A stretch of DNA of 51,759 nucleotides, taken from IMG/VR virus record IMGVR_UViG_3300024232_000017, positions 1 through 51,759 of that record, one strand, 5' to 3'. The DNA is from a virus. Lineage: Duplodnaviria > Caudoviricetes. The translations under genes were made by a program, and so were the position numbers. Positions 10,191 to 20,017 of the stretch are shown piece by piece. Below the pieces are notes generated by a model, which was not told the DNA's origin, ran no database searches, and was given only the letters and a program-made list of their open reading frames with translations. Position 1 is the first letter of the stretch; every line of letters starts with the position of its first letter.

Positions 10191-10795
10191 TAACGCGTGC
10201 CACTATAATAAGGGTTTATTCCACCAGATGAGGTGAATGGGTTGGAACCATACATCGCGTAGCCAGCAGCTTGTCCAAAGGTGTTTGAACCGCCAAAGGC
10301 ATTGCCAGATAGATTTCCGATTGTTCCTAGGTTACTTACGATTGCTCCGCCAAGAGTACTTAAACCTTGTCCAAAGGCCATTTGCGCACCAGCAGCGGCG
10401 TAGTCCATCTTGTATTGGGACTCTACCATGTTGGAGGCGAACATACCTCTTCCAATCTCTAAGTTCTGTGAGACACCAAGACCTTGTGTACCCGCTTGTC
10501 CACTAATCTGTCCGAATGCTCCAGGTAATACAGAGCCAAAGCTTGCACCTTGAGCGGTAGCAGTTGTCAACGACATAGAGCGAGCACGTTGCTGATTTCT
10601 CAAGATTTCTCTTTGTCTGCGTCTTGCATCTAGCTCCATCGCCTGTTGACGAAGAGCCTCTTGCTTCTGTTGCTCTGCAATCATACCTTGCTGAGCAGTA
10701 GCTTGACTTCTAGCTGCGCTATACGACTGACTTGCACCGAAAGCAGATAGTCCAAGTCCTGCGACAGCTACTGCGGTAAGAACTCCAGTAGGCAT
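10190..10795 (-). CDS. Internal virion protein (T7 gp14-like)
   Basis: Hydrophobic Ala/Gly N-terminus, Gln-rich coiled coil, Gly-rich C-terminus; follows GNAT gene. Confidence 0.65.
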   Translation of the reverse strand: MPTGVLTAVAVAGLGLSAFGASQSYSAARSQATAQQGMIAEQQKQEALRQQAMELDARRRQREILRNQQRARSMSLTTATAQGASFGSVLPGAFGQISGQAGTQGLGVSQNLEIGRGMFASNMVESQYKMDYAAAGAQMAFGQGLSTLGGAIVSNLGTIGNLSGNAFGGSNTFGQAAGYAMYGSNPFTSSGGINPYYSGTR

Positions 10796-11220
10796 TATAG
10801 ACCTTTATAGTAGACCTGTTCAGACAGGACGTACCCTTTCTTCTCGTAATATTTTCCTAATGGAATGTCTAAGCAAGCAAGAGTTTTAATCTTGCAACCA
10901 ACATGTTCTGCCCATGTTTCATAAGCTTCTATTAAAGCATCACCTACGCCATTCTGTCTTTCTTCTGGATCAACCCACCAAGCTATTTCCGTAGCTACTG
11001 GAGTTAGTCCGAAAAGGAAAGGCGTCTTAGCTGCGACAAGCATTCCCACCTCACCATATAGGATGATAACCTTTTCAGTATAATCTGAAGTCAAGAACTT
11101 CTTAACAATACCAGACAACACCTTCTCGTCTGCCAAATCTTTATAAGCAGTATGCTTTGCAAACTCTAAAGCTAGTTTAAGAACAACGTCGTAATCTTCA
11201 ATAGTAGCAATCTTAATCAT
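10795..11220 (-). CDS. GNAT-family acetyltransferase
   Basis: WWVDPEERQNGVGDAL acetyl-CoA motif A and YEKKGY. Confidence 0.85.
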   Translation of the reverse strand: MIKIATIEDYDVVLKLALEFAKHTAYKDLADEKVLSGIVKKFLTSDYTEKVIILYGEVGMLVAAKTPFLFGLTPVATEIAWWVDPEERQNGVGDALIEAYETWAEHVGCKIKTLACLDIPLGKYYEKKGYVLSEQVYYKGL

Positions 11221-11224
11221 TTAA

Positions 11225-11548
11225 TTAATCTTCAACCTTCTCTACTTCTAAGCCTCGCTTACGGAAGTATAGTTCTAGAAAGGCCATAAGCTTTGGATAG
11301 CTGGTAAACCTCTGCTTCATTATAGGAGGAACAATACCTTTATCGTATTTAATCTCCCAGAGGCAAGTTTGTGGGTCCATGATTGCATGAACTCTATTTC
11401 CACCTTGAAACAACGAAGGGTCTACGTTGCCTAAACTATCTTTAATCTTTTGTCCTTCGATCTTTCTCAGATAGATAATACGGTCATTACTACGTTCTTT
11501 ATCGCGGTTATTTTGCATTTTTCCAATTGTAGAATAAGTAGAAACCAA
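11225..11548 (-). CDS. Hypothetical protein
   Basis: ORF packed in late operon; start uncertain. Confidence 0.6.
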   Translation of the reverse strand: MVSTYSTIGKMQNNRDKERSNDRIIYLRKIEGQKIKDSLGNVDPSLFQGGNRVHAIMDPQTCLWEIKYDKGIVPPIMKQRFTSYPKLMAFLELYFRKRGLEVEKVED

Positions 11549-11939
11549 CAGCAGCTATTAACACACTGGCCATGGTCGGCTCTAAGGGGTCAGTAATAAA
11601 GGTGGCACAGAAGTCTGCAGAACGTACTGGATGTGATCCGGCACAGCCGAACAGGGAACCATATACTTTGTCATACCCATAATACTTTAGGGTATACAAC
11701 ATAGGTCCAAGAGCGAAGCCAAACGCCATTATAGCGGCTAGTGTCGCAGTAAACCTATTTCCAGCCATAGCAACAAGGATGGCTCTCTTGTCGTGAGCTT
11801 CCTCTAATTGTCTATTGATATCTGCGATATCTGTATTGCTCTTTGCATTTGCCTTAGCCTTTAGCAAATCTGCAATAGAGGCAGTAGCTTGGGCTATTGG
11901 CCCGGCTAAGCCAGTCAGTAACCCAAGGAACGCAAGCAT
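11508..11939 (-). CDS. Membrane protein, putative holin
   Basis: Several hydrophobic segments; lysis cassette. Confidence 0.6.
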   Translation of the reverse strand: MLAFLGLLTGLAGPIAQATASIADLLKAKANAKSNTDIADINRQLEEAHDKRAILVAMAGNRFTATLAAIMAFGFALGPMLYTLKYYGYDKVYGSLFGCAGSHPVRSADFCATFITDPLEPTMASVLIAAVGFYLFYNWKNAK

Positions 11940-12196
11940 TAAGCTTCTCTATCTTCTACGCGTTTACCCATGTTGCTGAACCAGAAGGACAGTGTGAACA
12001 GGGCAGCGGCAGTCAGTGTTAGAACTTCTTGACTGATATACTTCGTCACAGGCAGACCTGAGACATACTGGTAGGCAGAAGCAGCAAACATGCCGACAGC
12101 GCCTAGGAAGGCTGTGGCTCTAGTCTTGAAACCAGGGAACCAACTATGTACCCAGGCTTCAAACTTATCCCAGGTTTCTTTAATCCATTTAAACAT
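11939..12196 (-). CDS. Putative holin (2 TM)
   Basis: GFKT motif then two TM helices, directly after endolysin. Confidence 0.65.
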   Translation of the reverse strand: MFKWIKETWDKFEAWVHSWFPGFKTRATAFLGAVGMFAASAYQYVSGLPVTKYISQEVLTLTAAALFTLSFWFSNMGKRVEDREA

Positions 12197-12843
12197 TATT
12201 TATCTTTCTTGAGGAAGTGAATGAGCAACCATACAGCGAGTGCAACACAGCCAGTTCCCAGAAGGATCCAGCCAAGTAGTTGTGGAGCAACCATGGCAGC
12301 GCCTACACCAGTAGCCACAACGGCTCCTGTGGTGGCTGTTTCAGTATCAATTTTATTGATGATAGGACCTTGTTTACCGACCATACCGAGCGCTACTTTG
12401 CGTAGATCTTTAGTACGGTTCATCCAACCTTTACCAAAGACTGGGAAGGTAGAAAGTCCTCTGAGGAATTCTTCACGCTTGTCGAAGATCTTATTTACAG
12501 TAGCTGTGTCAGAACTTCCTAAGGAAGCGTCTAGATACTTCTTAGCACGAGAAGGGCCGCTATTGACGCCGAAGTCAAAAACAGCAAGGTCAACACCACT
12601 AGCCAACTTGTCACAGTCATAGTATGTAGTCTTCCAATATTTGGTTCTGTAAATGTCTACAGCGATGTCTAAAGGCATAGCCTTTACATCTGCTGCAGTA
12701 GCGTTCTTCTTCCAGTACTTACGAGCATCAGCAATTGTAATGCCATACATTGTAGGACCGCCTGGATCAGCGGCATCATTGCTGTAACCGCCTTCCCATT
12801 TAAGGGTTGCTTTGATTGCAGCTTCTCTATTAGCTTGGGTCAT
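12196..12843 (-). CDS. Endolysin, glycoside hydrolase family 108, with C-terminal hydrophobic segments
   Basis: EGGYSNDAADPGGPTMYGIT, FDFGVNSG, FGKGWMNR motifs. Confidence 0.9.
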   Translation of the reverse strand: MTQANREAAIKATLKWEGGYSNDAADPGGPTMYGITIADARKYWKKNATAADVKAMPLDIAVDIYRTKYWKTTYYDCDKLASGVDLAVFDFGVNSGPSRAKKYLDASLGSSDTATVNKIFDKREEFLRGLSTFPVFGKGWMNRTKDLRKVALGMVGKQGPIINKIDTETATTGAVVATGVGAAMVAPQLLGWILLGTGCVALAVWLLIHFLKKDK

Positions 12844-14966
12844 GGTAAAGGGTTTCCACTGTCTAATTCAGACCAACCTACTAATTCAAAGGGAAATCCT
12901 GTAACAGATTCCACCATGAATTGAAGAGTAAGTCCGTGTCCGCGCATTTTTACACGCTTACTAACTGTAGCGTAGTCAGTTGCATTATGCGATATGATTT
13001 GAGGGTTACTCCATCTATTAGTATCTTCGGATGTTGCATAATCCCAAAGACCTCTGACGGAGAATTGTGTAGGTGAAGTATTTCTAGAATATAGTCTGAG
13101 CCAATTAGCCTGCCACTTACGAAGAGCTTGACCTCGTAGTTTATACCCAGAAGTAAACGAACTGGAGAAATCTGAGCCAATGCTGTCGTAAGACAACCAA
13201 TCTAAGTAATTAGTATTTCTGGCAGATGCAAATGTAAACTTATACGAGCCACTATCTGGATAAGAAACTAGATATGATATTGCAGGAACAACACCTGTCG
13301 TTGTCGCAGTAAAGGCAATAACTTGGTTGCTACTATCGTCTATAACCAGATTAGCTGAGTCGTCTATAACATCATTAGAAGTCTGTGCACCAAAGGTGCC
13401 ATCTAATAGAAGAATGCTATTAATCTTAACTGGACTATCTGTAATGGACCAAGGATAGAAAGCTCCTGTAGCCATATTTAGATTTAGAATGTTATCATAT
13501 TCATAGTCTTCGTTGATGTTTCCAGTAGCTTCTGTCTTAAAAATCCACTGCACAACATTAGTAATGTAATTAAATACACCTCTCGCAGTAATCTTTGAAC
13601 TTAAAGAGATGTTATCGTAGTAGGCTTTAATTCTATCGAAAGTAAGGGACTTAACTGAAGGAGGTCCATTAGCTTCAGAAGAAATGGTATAGATGCCTTC
13701 TGCAGTCCACCAACAAGGTGTCCCTAGAACATCTACGAAACTTGTATGAGATAATGTCTTAATGCTGCTGAGTTTAATAACTGTATAATCTACTGCAGTG
13801 AAGCCTATGCCTGTGCTTCCAGTGATTAACCAGACACCTTTCTGAGCGAAGGCAACTAAACCTCCTGGTGTGGCAATTAGCTTTAAGATCGTTCCTGCAT
13901 CTGGAATAGAAATAACACCGCCATCGTCTGGTAAAAGATCGAAGGTGGTCATTGATGTAGGGTCATTGCTTTGATAACAATACCCATACTGTGCATCTCT
14001 TTGAACGATCTGTGAGAAGTAAATGTTAGTATTAAACTTGTTAGCTGTAATGCCTGCGAAGAAAATACGACCTGCGAAGAATTCACATGTACTTGGACGC
14101 ACAGGTCCAGTCTCTGTTTCAACAACGGTTGTGACTGTAGTCTGATCATCCGCAGACACCAACTCATTACGAGTGGTATCATACAGACTTGTGATGTAAT
14201 AACCTTTGGGAGCTAAAGAATTTCCTGTGGTAGTGTCGTGAATATTGGAAACATCGAAAGTATCGTTTGTTCCATAGAAGGTCCACTGTATATCTGCATT
14301 ACTGGGCATGTCTGTACGAGCATCCCAGGCAACTAAGGCAGATCGCTTCCACCCTTGATTGTATAAATTATATAGATGTGCCTTCGTCATTGACGTGCGA
14401 CTTGCAGTCGGACGTTCATCAATGCCTAGGGAATCTGTAGTATCCCCTTCGAAGTCTCTTATTTTGATATTGATGGTTGTAGCTGTTGGTGTGCTTGTAG
14501 TTACATCATAAACAATGAAGAAAGGATCACAGTAAGGATGGGTTACAAATAACTTACCATTACCATTTGCATATTGACACTCAGCAGTTTCAGGTGTTGG
14601 TGCCCCAGATACTGAAGTCAATGTTATTGTAGAGACAATAGCGCCTCCGCTGATAGAACCTGAACCATCAGACTCATAGAAATATAGTTTATTTCCTACC
14701 TGTTGAACTACAACAGATACTGTTCCTGTGCCTGCAACGTTCTTCCAAAAGTAAGCAGAGACAACAGCGTTGTTTCTATCTATAGATTTAGTTGTAAAGT
14801 CATCTTCAAAATCTAAACCTGGACGTCTGCTAACACTGCCATCAAAGTTAAAGATGCAGTTAATAGTATCCGTACAGGCATTCTCTGGAAAGTTAAGTCC
14901 AGTAGCTTGAGTGACTAAGCCGTTCCTGAAGTTATTCTCAACCGCAACGGCAACTTGACGAGGCAT
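12840..14966 (-). CDS. Tail tubular protein B / nozzle (T7 gp12-like)
   Basis: 708 aa, NFRNGL N-terminus, FFAGRIFFAG propeller motif; synteny. Confidence 0.8.
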   Translation of the reverse strand: MPRQVAVAVENNFRNGLVTQATGLNFPENACTDTINCIFNFDGSVSRRPGLDFEDDFTTKSIDRNNAVVSAYFWKNVAGTGTVSVVVQQVGNKLYFYESDGSGSISGGAIVSTITLTSVSGAPTPETAECQYANGNGKLFVTHPYCDPFFIVYDVTTSTPTATTINIKIRDFEGDTTDSLGIDERPTASRTSMTKAHLYNLYNQGWKRSALVAWDARTDMPSNADIQWTFYGTNDTFDVSNIHDTTTGNSLAPKGYYITSLYDTTRNELVSADDQTTVTTVVETETGPVRPSTCEFFAGRIFFAGITANKFNTNIYFSQIVQRDAQYGYCYQSNDPTSMTTFDLLPDDGGVISIPDAGTILKLIATPGGLVAFAQKGVWLITGSTGIGFTAVDYTVIKLSSIKTLSHTSFVDVLGTPCWWTAEGIYTISSEANGPPSVKSLTFDRIKAYYDNISLSSKITARGVFNYITNVVQWIFKTEATGNINEDYEYDNILNLNMATGAFYPWSITDSPVKINSILLLDGTFGAQTSNDVIDDSANLVIDDSSNQVIAFTATTTGVVPAISYLVSYPDSGSYKFTFASARNTNYLDWLSYDSIGSDFSSSFTSGYKLRGQALRKWQANWLRLYSRNTSPTQFSVRGLWDYATSEDTNRWSNPQIISHNATDYATVSKRVKMRGHGLTLQFMVESVTGFPFELVGWSELDSGNPLP

Positions 14967-15727
14967 TATTTACGCCCAAAGTTATATAGAGCGTTGAAGT
15001 CGTTAGGTGCTCTAATGGCAGTTTTATTCTTTTGCTGAGAAATTAGTAGACGTCTTGCCGATTGTTCTGCCTTTGCATGTGGTGTTTGTTTTAGTTCAGA
15101 CCAAGCTAAGCTCTTAGCTTCTTGCAAGAGAAGTTGAAACTGGTCATCGTCCATCGTTGGTACGAAATTATCCGACATATCCCAAGTTCGTATTTTACGC
15201 CCCATTCCAAGGCTTTTAAGAGACCTTAGAAAGGTTTCGACTTCTGAACTAAAGGAGTCAAAGACAATCGTGTTATCGTCAAACGATGCGTAATATCTTG
15301 GATGACTGTTATCTGTATACAAAATTGGAATAGTGCTAGTTCCTACGGTAATATTATAACTACCGACGTTCGTATCACTTTCATTTAATTGGTACATCAT
15401 CCTACTAAACTCTTTCCAAGTTAAGTAAGTCATGTCTATCCAAGCAGGGTCTGTATTATCTAAAGTTTGTACATCGTATTTGACATATTTAAGCGAGTCA
15501 AAATCTGTAGGCAAACTCATTTGGGTAGGTGTATCTGCTGAAGTTTCTACCAAATTAAAAGGAAGCATATCTTCTGGAAGATTGGCTCTATTAACTAAAT
15601 CGAAGTAAACCGTTCTAATTACATTGGCAACCTGCAGAGATTCTGTAGTATCGTTTATGCTACCTACTTCAGCACTGTCCATGCTAGACAGAATAGACTG
15701 CGTCATTTCCAGAAGAGTATATTTCAT
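14966..15727 (-). CDS. Tail tubular protein A / adaptor (T7 gp11-like)
   Basis: TLLEMTQSILSSMDSAEVGSINDT N-terminus; synteny. Confidence 0.8.
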   Translation of the reverse strand: MKYTLLEMTQSILSSMDSAEVGSINDTTESLQVANVIRTVYFDLVNRANLPEDMLPFNLVETSADTPTQMSLPTDFDSLKYVKYDVQTLDNTDPAWIDMTYLTWKEFSRMMYQLNESDTNVGSYNITVGTSTIPILYTDNSHPRYYASFDDNTIVFDSFSSEVETFLRSLKSLGMGRKIRTWDMSDNFVPTMDDDQFQLLLQEAKSLAWSELKQTPHAKAEQSARRLLISQQKNKTAIRAPNDFNALYNFGRK

Positions 15728-16369
15728 TTAGGCAATCTTCCAGAAAGTAATTTGACCGTACACCTCAACATCACCGGTGACGTTGTTAGCTACGTATGTA
15801 CCATTTTGAGTTCTTGCTTGAAACTGCACGGACTTTGTTCCTGCTAAAGTAAATATACCCATTATGGAAGCGCTCATCGTAACAAACATATTAAGTGCAC
15901 CTACAGAATCCATATTACTGTCTGATTGCGCAGCAGTCCCAGTCATTATGGTGGTAGCGTCAGAAGTATTTTGCAATCTAACAGCAAACTTAGTCAGTCC
16001 GGTATTACCTCCAGTACCTCTCACAGGCATTCTGCCCATGACAAAATAGGTTCCGGCTGGAAGCGTAAATGTATTAGTTGAGAGGGAGGCTCCAGAAATA
16101 ACATTGGTACTGTTAGTAAGTACAATTGTCTGCCAGCCAGAAGTTGTAGAAGTGGAGGAATTAACTCCTTGAGCACGTTGTTCTTCAGCAGTAAGGTAAT
16201 TCGCACCCATAGGATTACCAGTTCCTGTTAATTGATTGGCAGTAAGCTTTTGCCAGACGCCAGAGCCTGCTCCATCAGATACGTAGACTTTGTCCACAGC
16301 AGCCGCAGCAACACCTTTAGGCTCATGGAGCTGTGTGCCTGTAAGGTTTTTATGTGAGATTGTAGTGAT
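15728..16369 (-). CDS. Tail fibre/spike-like protein; probable start at ATC 16369
   Basis: Frame extends upstream of GTG 16297 through HKNLTGTQLHEPKG; AGGAGA RBS 6 nt before ATC. Confidence 0.65.
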   Translation of the reverse strand: MTTISHKNLTGTQLHEPKGVAAAAVDKVYVSDGAGSGVWQKLTANQLTGTGNPMGANYLTAEEQRAQGVNSSTSTTSGWQTIVLTNSTNVISGASLSTNTFTLPAGTYFVMGRMPVRGTGGNTGLTKFAVRLQNTSDATTIMTGTAAQSDSNMDSVGALNMFVTMSASIMGIFTLAGTKSVQFQARTQNGTYVANNVTGDVEVYGQITFWKIA

Positions 16370-16371
16370 GG

Positions 16372-16695
16372 TCAGTCTCCTATCGAATTAATATGTTCGA
16401 GCAGTTCGTGTATTTTTGAACTTCTTCGATTGCCCATGTATGGCAAAATAGAAATTAATAATCGTTTCAAGTCTCTTCTTCTTGCTAAAGAAGTAAAATA
16501 GCAGGTTTTCTTCTTACCTCTATTGTTGATTGAAACTGTTGTATTTAATAGATTAGCAATCTTTTCGATTACATCTCTGTCAGTCATGCCAATCTGAAGT
16601 CTAGCAATTCCCGGTTTCCACTGGCCTTTGTAAATACCAAAATAGCCTTCGCCTTCAATAATTCCGGCTAACCAAGCAATTTCTTCAGATGTCAT
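16372..16695 (-). CDS. LAGLIDADG homing endonuclease (single motif)
   Basis: IAWLAGIIEGEG motif, IGMTDRDVIEKI. Confidence 0.85.
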   Translation of the reverse strand: MTSEEIAWLAGIIEGEGYFGIYKGQWKPGIARLQIGMTDRDVIEKIANLLNTTVSINNRGKKKTCYFTSLARRRDLKRLLISILPYMGNRRSSKIHELLEHINSIGD

Positions 16696-16743
16696 CTATA
16701 TTCCTTAAATGGTGAGGGTGAATTTTAGCCCACCCTCAGGCTA

Positions 16744-17352
16744 TTAAGCCTTAAGAACCCAAATGTTGAAGATGATCGTGCCGTTGAACGCGTTCGTTGG
16801 TTCCGTATTAGTAATCGTAACCGTGATCGTATCCGTAGTGCAGACCGCATCCATAGCAAAGTTCTTACGGGTATTAGTACCACCAGCTCTGGTCATGAAG
16901 ACCAAATCTGTAGAAGCGACAAGACCAGTAGCTGTGATCGTAATCACATGCGTACCCGCTGCCGCTGTAGTAATAGAAGCCGTAGTAATTTGACATGCAT
17001 ACTTGGTCATAGTTGCAGTGGACGTACCACCTGTACCAGTGCAAGATGCAGTGTTTGAGTCTAGGTCAATTGTAGTTCCTGTACCCAGTACCGGATTGGC
17101 ACTGAATGTAGGTCCACCGGCAATGCCGGTGGTAGTCAAGGTTGTGATGGTAGCAGAAGTAATCGTTGCGATATTTTTGCTCGCTCCGAGTACAACTGCC
17201 TTACTTGCCGTGGCAGTACCGGGAGTCACGCCATCAAGAACGGTTAATTCCGCTCCTGAAAGGCTTGTACCGGCCTGGCCTGGGGCAGTGGCACCGACGC
17301 TGACTGAATTAACAAGCAGATCGCTGCCTCCCATATCCCAATTGTAAGCCAT
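16744..17352 (-). CDS. Virion structural protein (head fibre/decoration-like)
   Basis: Thr/Gly-rich beta protein downstream of capsid genes; GAGGAG RBS. Confidence 0.6.
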   Translation of the reverse strand: MAYNWDMGGSDLLVNSVSVGATAPGQAGTSLSGAELTVLDGVTPGTATASKAVVLGASKNIATITSATITTLTTTGIAGGPTFSANPVLGTGTTIDLDSNTASCTGTGGTSTATMTKYACQITTASITTAAAGTHVITITATGLVASTDLVFMTRAGGTNTRKNFAMDAVCTTDTITVTITNTEPTNAFNGTIIFNIWVLKA

Positions 17353-17407
17353 GTATTTTCTCCTCTTCCGTCAGGAGGGATTTTACTCCCTCCTTCAGGA
17401 ATTAATG

Positions 17408-17902
17408 TTACGGCTTGTAGTACCGAATGCGAACACGAATCACGCCAGTGGTAAACGCAGTCGCAGTCGTGGCAGAGCACGTCACGAGACTGGTAAACCC
17501 TAGGGTGGTTCCGATCAACGCACCTGCGAACGAACTGCCAACAGTGATAATAGATTTCTCACCAGCAGTATCCATAGACGCGAGAGGGAACGCGGCCAAA
17601 AGGCCGTCGTAGTCAACTTCAGTAGAACGGTCGGAATTCTTAATCAGACCGAGGTCAATGGCAACGCCAGTGGCCGCGACAGATTGAGTAACAACAACAA
17701 CATCCTCAATGCGAACACCTGCTGGCAGCATGAGAACATCCGAGAGTGGAGTCTCCGACTGAGTCAGGTTTGCAAGAGTGATGGTAAGTTCGACTTCACG
17801 TAGTTCACCTACGGTGACGTACTCACCAGCAATATTCGGAGTTGCTTTATCCGGACCAAACTTGAGATAGAGGTTGTCGCTATTTTTCCATGATTGTACC
17901 AT
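17408..17902 (-). CDS. Capsid-associated (decoration/minor capsid) protein
   Basis: Directly after major capsid gene; LPAGVRIEDV beta-rich fold. Confidence 0.65.
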   Translation of the reverse strand: MVQSWKNSDNLYLKFGPDKATPNIAGEYVTVGELREVELTITLANLTQSETPLSDVLMLPAGVRIEDVVVVTQSVAATGVAIDLGLIKNSDRSTEVDYDGLLAAFPLASMDTAGEKSIITVGSSFAGALIGTTLGFTSLVTCSATTATAFTTGVIRVRIRYYKP

Positions 17903-17920
17903 GTTAATACAACTCCTCTA

Positions 17921-18880
17921 TTACGAAACCTGATCGGTGTCAGTCAAGACAACGATACAGTTTTCAGGACGGTAAACCTTCCAGCCGTACTCAGCAATTG
18001 TGAGATACTCAGTCTGCTGGAGATCTTTATTGAACTCCGAGTAAACTGTTGGCATCTGACGGAAGCCACCGATAATCGGTAGAGTGTCGCCAGGAGCCGC
18101 TGAGAAGAACAGATTCGCTGCAGCCGTAGTAGTCGTGCGACCACCAATGGTTTCAGCAATGCTGCGTGGAAGATAGTTCGACACATAGACGTCGAACCCG
18201 TAAAGGTTAAATTGGAAGTTCATACCAGTGACTAGGCCGGTGTTAACCATATTCTCCCACTTCTGATGTGGAGTAATGAGGTTGACGACGTTAGCTTGAG
18301 TCTGGATGGTATAAGCCACCGAGGGATCAACAATGGCCACGAGATTGCGCAGCGGCACGTTAGCCTTAGTTAGGGCGTAGTGAGCTTTGGCAAAGTCAGA
18401 GAGAGCCAGAGTTTCGTTTAGACCAGCGCCTACCCAACGATGATCTGCACCGTTGATTTGGTTGGTGTTGCTTGCAGTCTGTCCGCTATTGAAGATCGAG
18501 AAAATACGAGTCTCGACTGCTTCCATAAGCGCACGATGTTGTCGCGGCAAGAATGCCGAGAGAACATCGTCAGCATAGAAGCTGTCGCGCTTGAACTTCT
18601 CCGAGATCGAATTGGCAGAGTACTTGTACTGGTCGAACGAGAACGTATAGTTACCCGTATCCAGCTTGTTGTACTTGATGGCCTGTCCTTCGGAGTAATC
18701 CGCAGTTTCAGCCTCACCAATTGATGGGATGTTGATGGTAGTACCATCAGGGAAGTTTTCAATAAGCTTGACAAACTTCATGGCACACAGGTCGTCCAGC
18801 AACAGCTCCTTGAGCTGCTTGGACCATAGGTTAGAGCGAATAAGATGCTCGTCTCCCATGACAGTAAAACCAGATGACAT
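17921..18880 (-). CDS. Major capsid protein (HK97 fold)
   Basis: LIRSNLWSKQL, GTTINIPSIG, LYGFDVYVSN, YGWKVYRPE motifs. Confidence 0.9.
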   Translation of the reverse strand: MSSGFTVMGDEHLIRSNLWSKQLKELLLDDLCAMKFVKLIENFPDGTTINIPSIGEAETADYSEGQAIKYNKLDTGNYTFSFDQYKYSANSISEKFKRDSFYADDVLSAFLPRQHRALMEAVETRIFSIFNSGQTASNTNQINGADHRWVGAGLNETLALSDFAKAHYALTKANVPLRNLVAIVDPSVAYTIQTQANVVNLITPHQKWENMVNTGLVTGMNFQFNLYGFDVYVSNYLPRSIAETIGGRTTTTAAANLFFSAAPGDTLPIIGGFRQMPTVYSEFNKDLQQTEYLTIAEYGWKVYRPENCIVVLTDTDQVS

Positions 18881-18908
18881 AAGATTGTCTCCTTAAATTA
18901 AGATTTGT

Positions 18909-19673
18909 TCAGCGTGCCTTAAAATCTCCGTCTTCGAACACAGGTCCGAGGGCGAGAGCATCTTTGTGCATCTGAACGGTTGTTTTAGGATCGTAGTACT
19001 GTTTAGGATTGTCCTGCTTCATTTTCTGGTAGTACGACCAAGTGCGCTTTTCAGCACCACGTGGGGCGAAGCTGTCACTACGCCGACTGTTTTGAGGAGG
19101 ACTTTGAAAACCATCTTCCTGAGCTTTAGGAGGGAACATCGCAAGCAAAGCTTGAGGATGCGTCCGTGCAGTCTCATTGATGTAGTCTTCGGAGATGCCT
19201 AGAGTGGCTACGGCAGGACCAATTGCGGTTTTCCAGTTAGGGCCGAAACGATCCTGTAAAGTGTTTCTCACGAGGTTAAAGTTTTCCTGTCGTTTCTTAT
19301 TCGTTTCATATTCTTGAAGCTTATTAGAAACTAAACTCTCAATCTCTTGAGGATTAATTTGGGACTTGTTCATGTCATTAGCATTTTGGGTGGAGCTATC
19401 TGTTGAACTCTGTTGAGCGGCAGTGAGTTTGTCCAACACTTCCTCTAACTTAGCCCTTGTATTGTAGTCGTCTTTGATCTTCAAATAATCGTTACGTAGT
19501 TCGTCACGCTGACGTTCTAACGTCTTGATATATGCATCAGAGACGGCCTTACCTTTAGCAAGCTCTTCTGGAGTTTTAAATTTCTTATTTTCTCCTACAA
19601 GCTCTTCAAAGTAATTTTTGTTTGGATCAATCTCTTCCGGGTCGGTGTTTTGATCCAGTAAATTCTCGGTCAT
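18909..19673 (-). CDS. Capsid scaffolding protein
   Basis: Acidic N-terminus, KKFKTPEELAKG, coiled coil; between portal and capsid genes. Confidence 0.75.
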   Translation of the reverse strand: MTENLLDQNTDPEEIDPNKNYFEELVGENKKFKTPEELAKGKAVSDAYIKTLERQRDELRNDYLKIKDDYNTRAKLEEVLDKLTAAQQSSTDSSTQNANDMNKSQINPQEIESLVSNKLQEYETNKKRQENFNLVRNTLQDRFGPNWKTAIGPAVATLGISEDYINETARTHPQALLAMFPPKAQEDGFQSPPQNSRRSDSFAPRGAEKRTWSYYQKMKQDNPKQYYDPKTTVQMHKDALALGPVFEDGDFKAR

Positions 19674-19933
19674 TTAGATTCCTTTTGGTCTAGGTTTAAC
19701 AATTGAGTTACGTAATGTGCGAAGGCTCTGCCTCCTACACGCCAGGCATGTTTGACCTCCCAGTTAGGAGTATCAAAGTCTTTCACTGAATATTCAGCTA
19801 CTTCTAAAGTCTTTGCCTTGGCTTCAATTAACTGCTGCAAGCGTTCTAAAACGGGTCTGTAGCTTTTAATCTGATCTTCGAAATCGGACTTGTCTTTCTG
19901 GTCTTTAAGATGTCTAGTCCATTCACTTAGCAT
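19670..19933 (-). CDS. Hypothetical head-region protein
   Basis: Overlapping ORF between portal and scaffold. Confidence 0.65.
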   Translation of the reverse strand: MLSEWTRHLKDQKDKSDFEDQIKSYRPVLERLQQLIEAKAKTLEVAEYSVKDFDTPNWEVKHAWRVGGRAFAHYVTQLLNLDQKESK

Positions 19934-20017
19934 TTAATGGTCTCTGCGAATTAACAATAAAACTAAAAGAGCGATTACAACTAGAGAGACAGCAAGTATA
20001 GTAGATAAACTGCTCAC

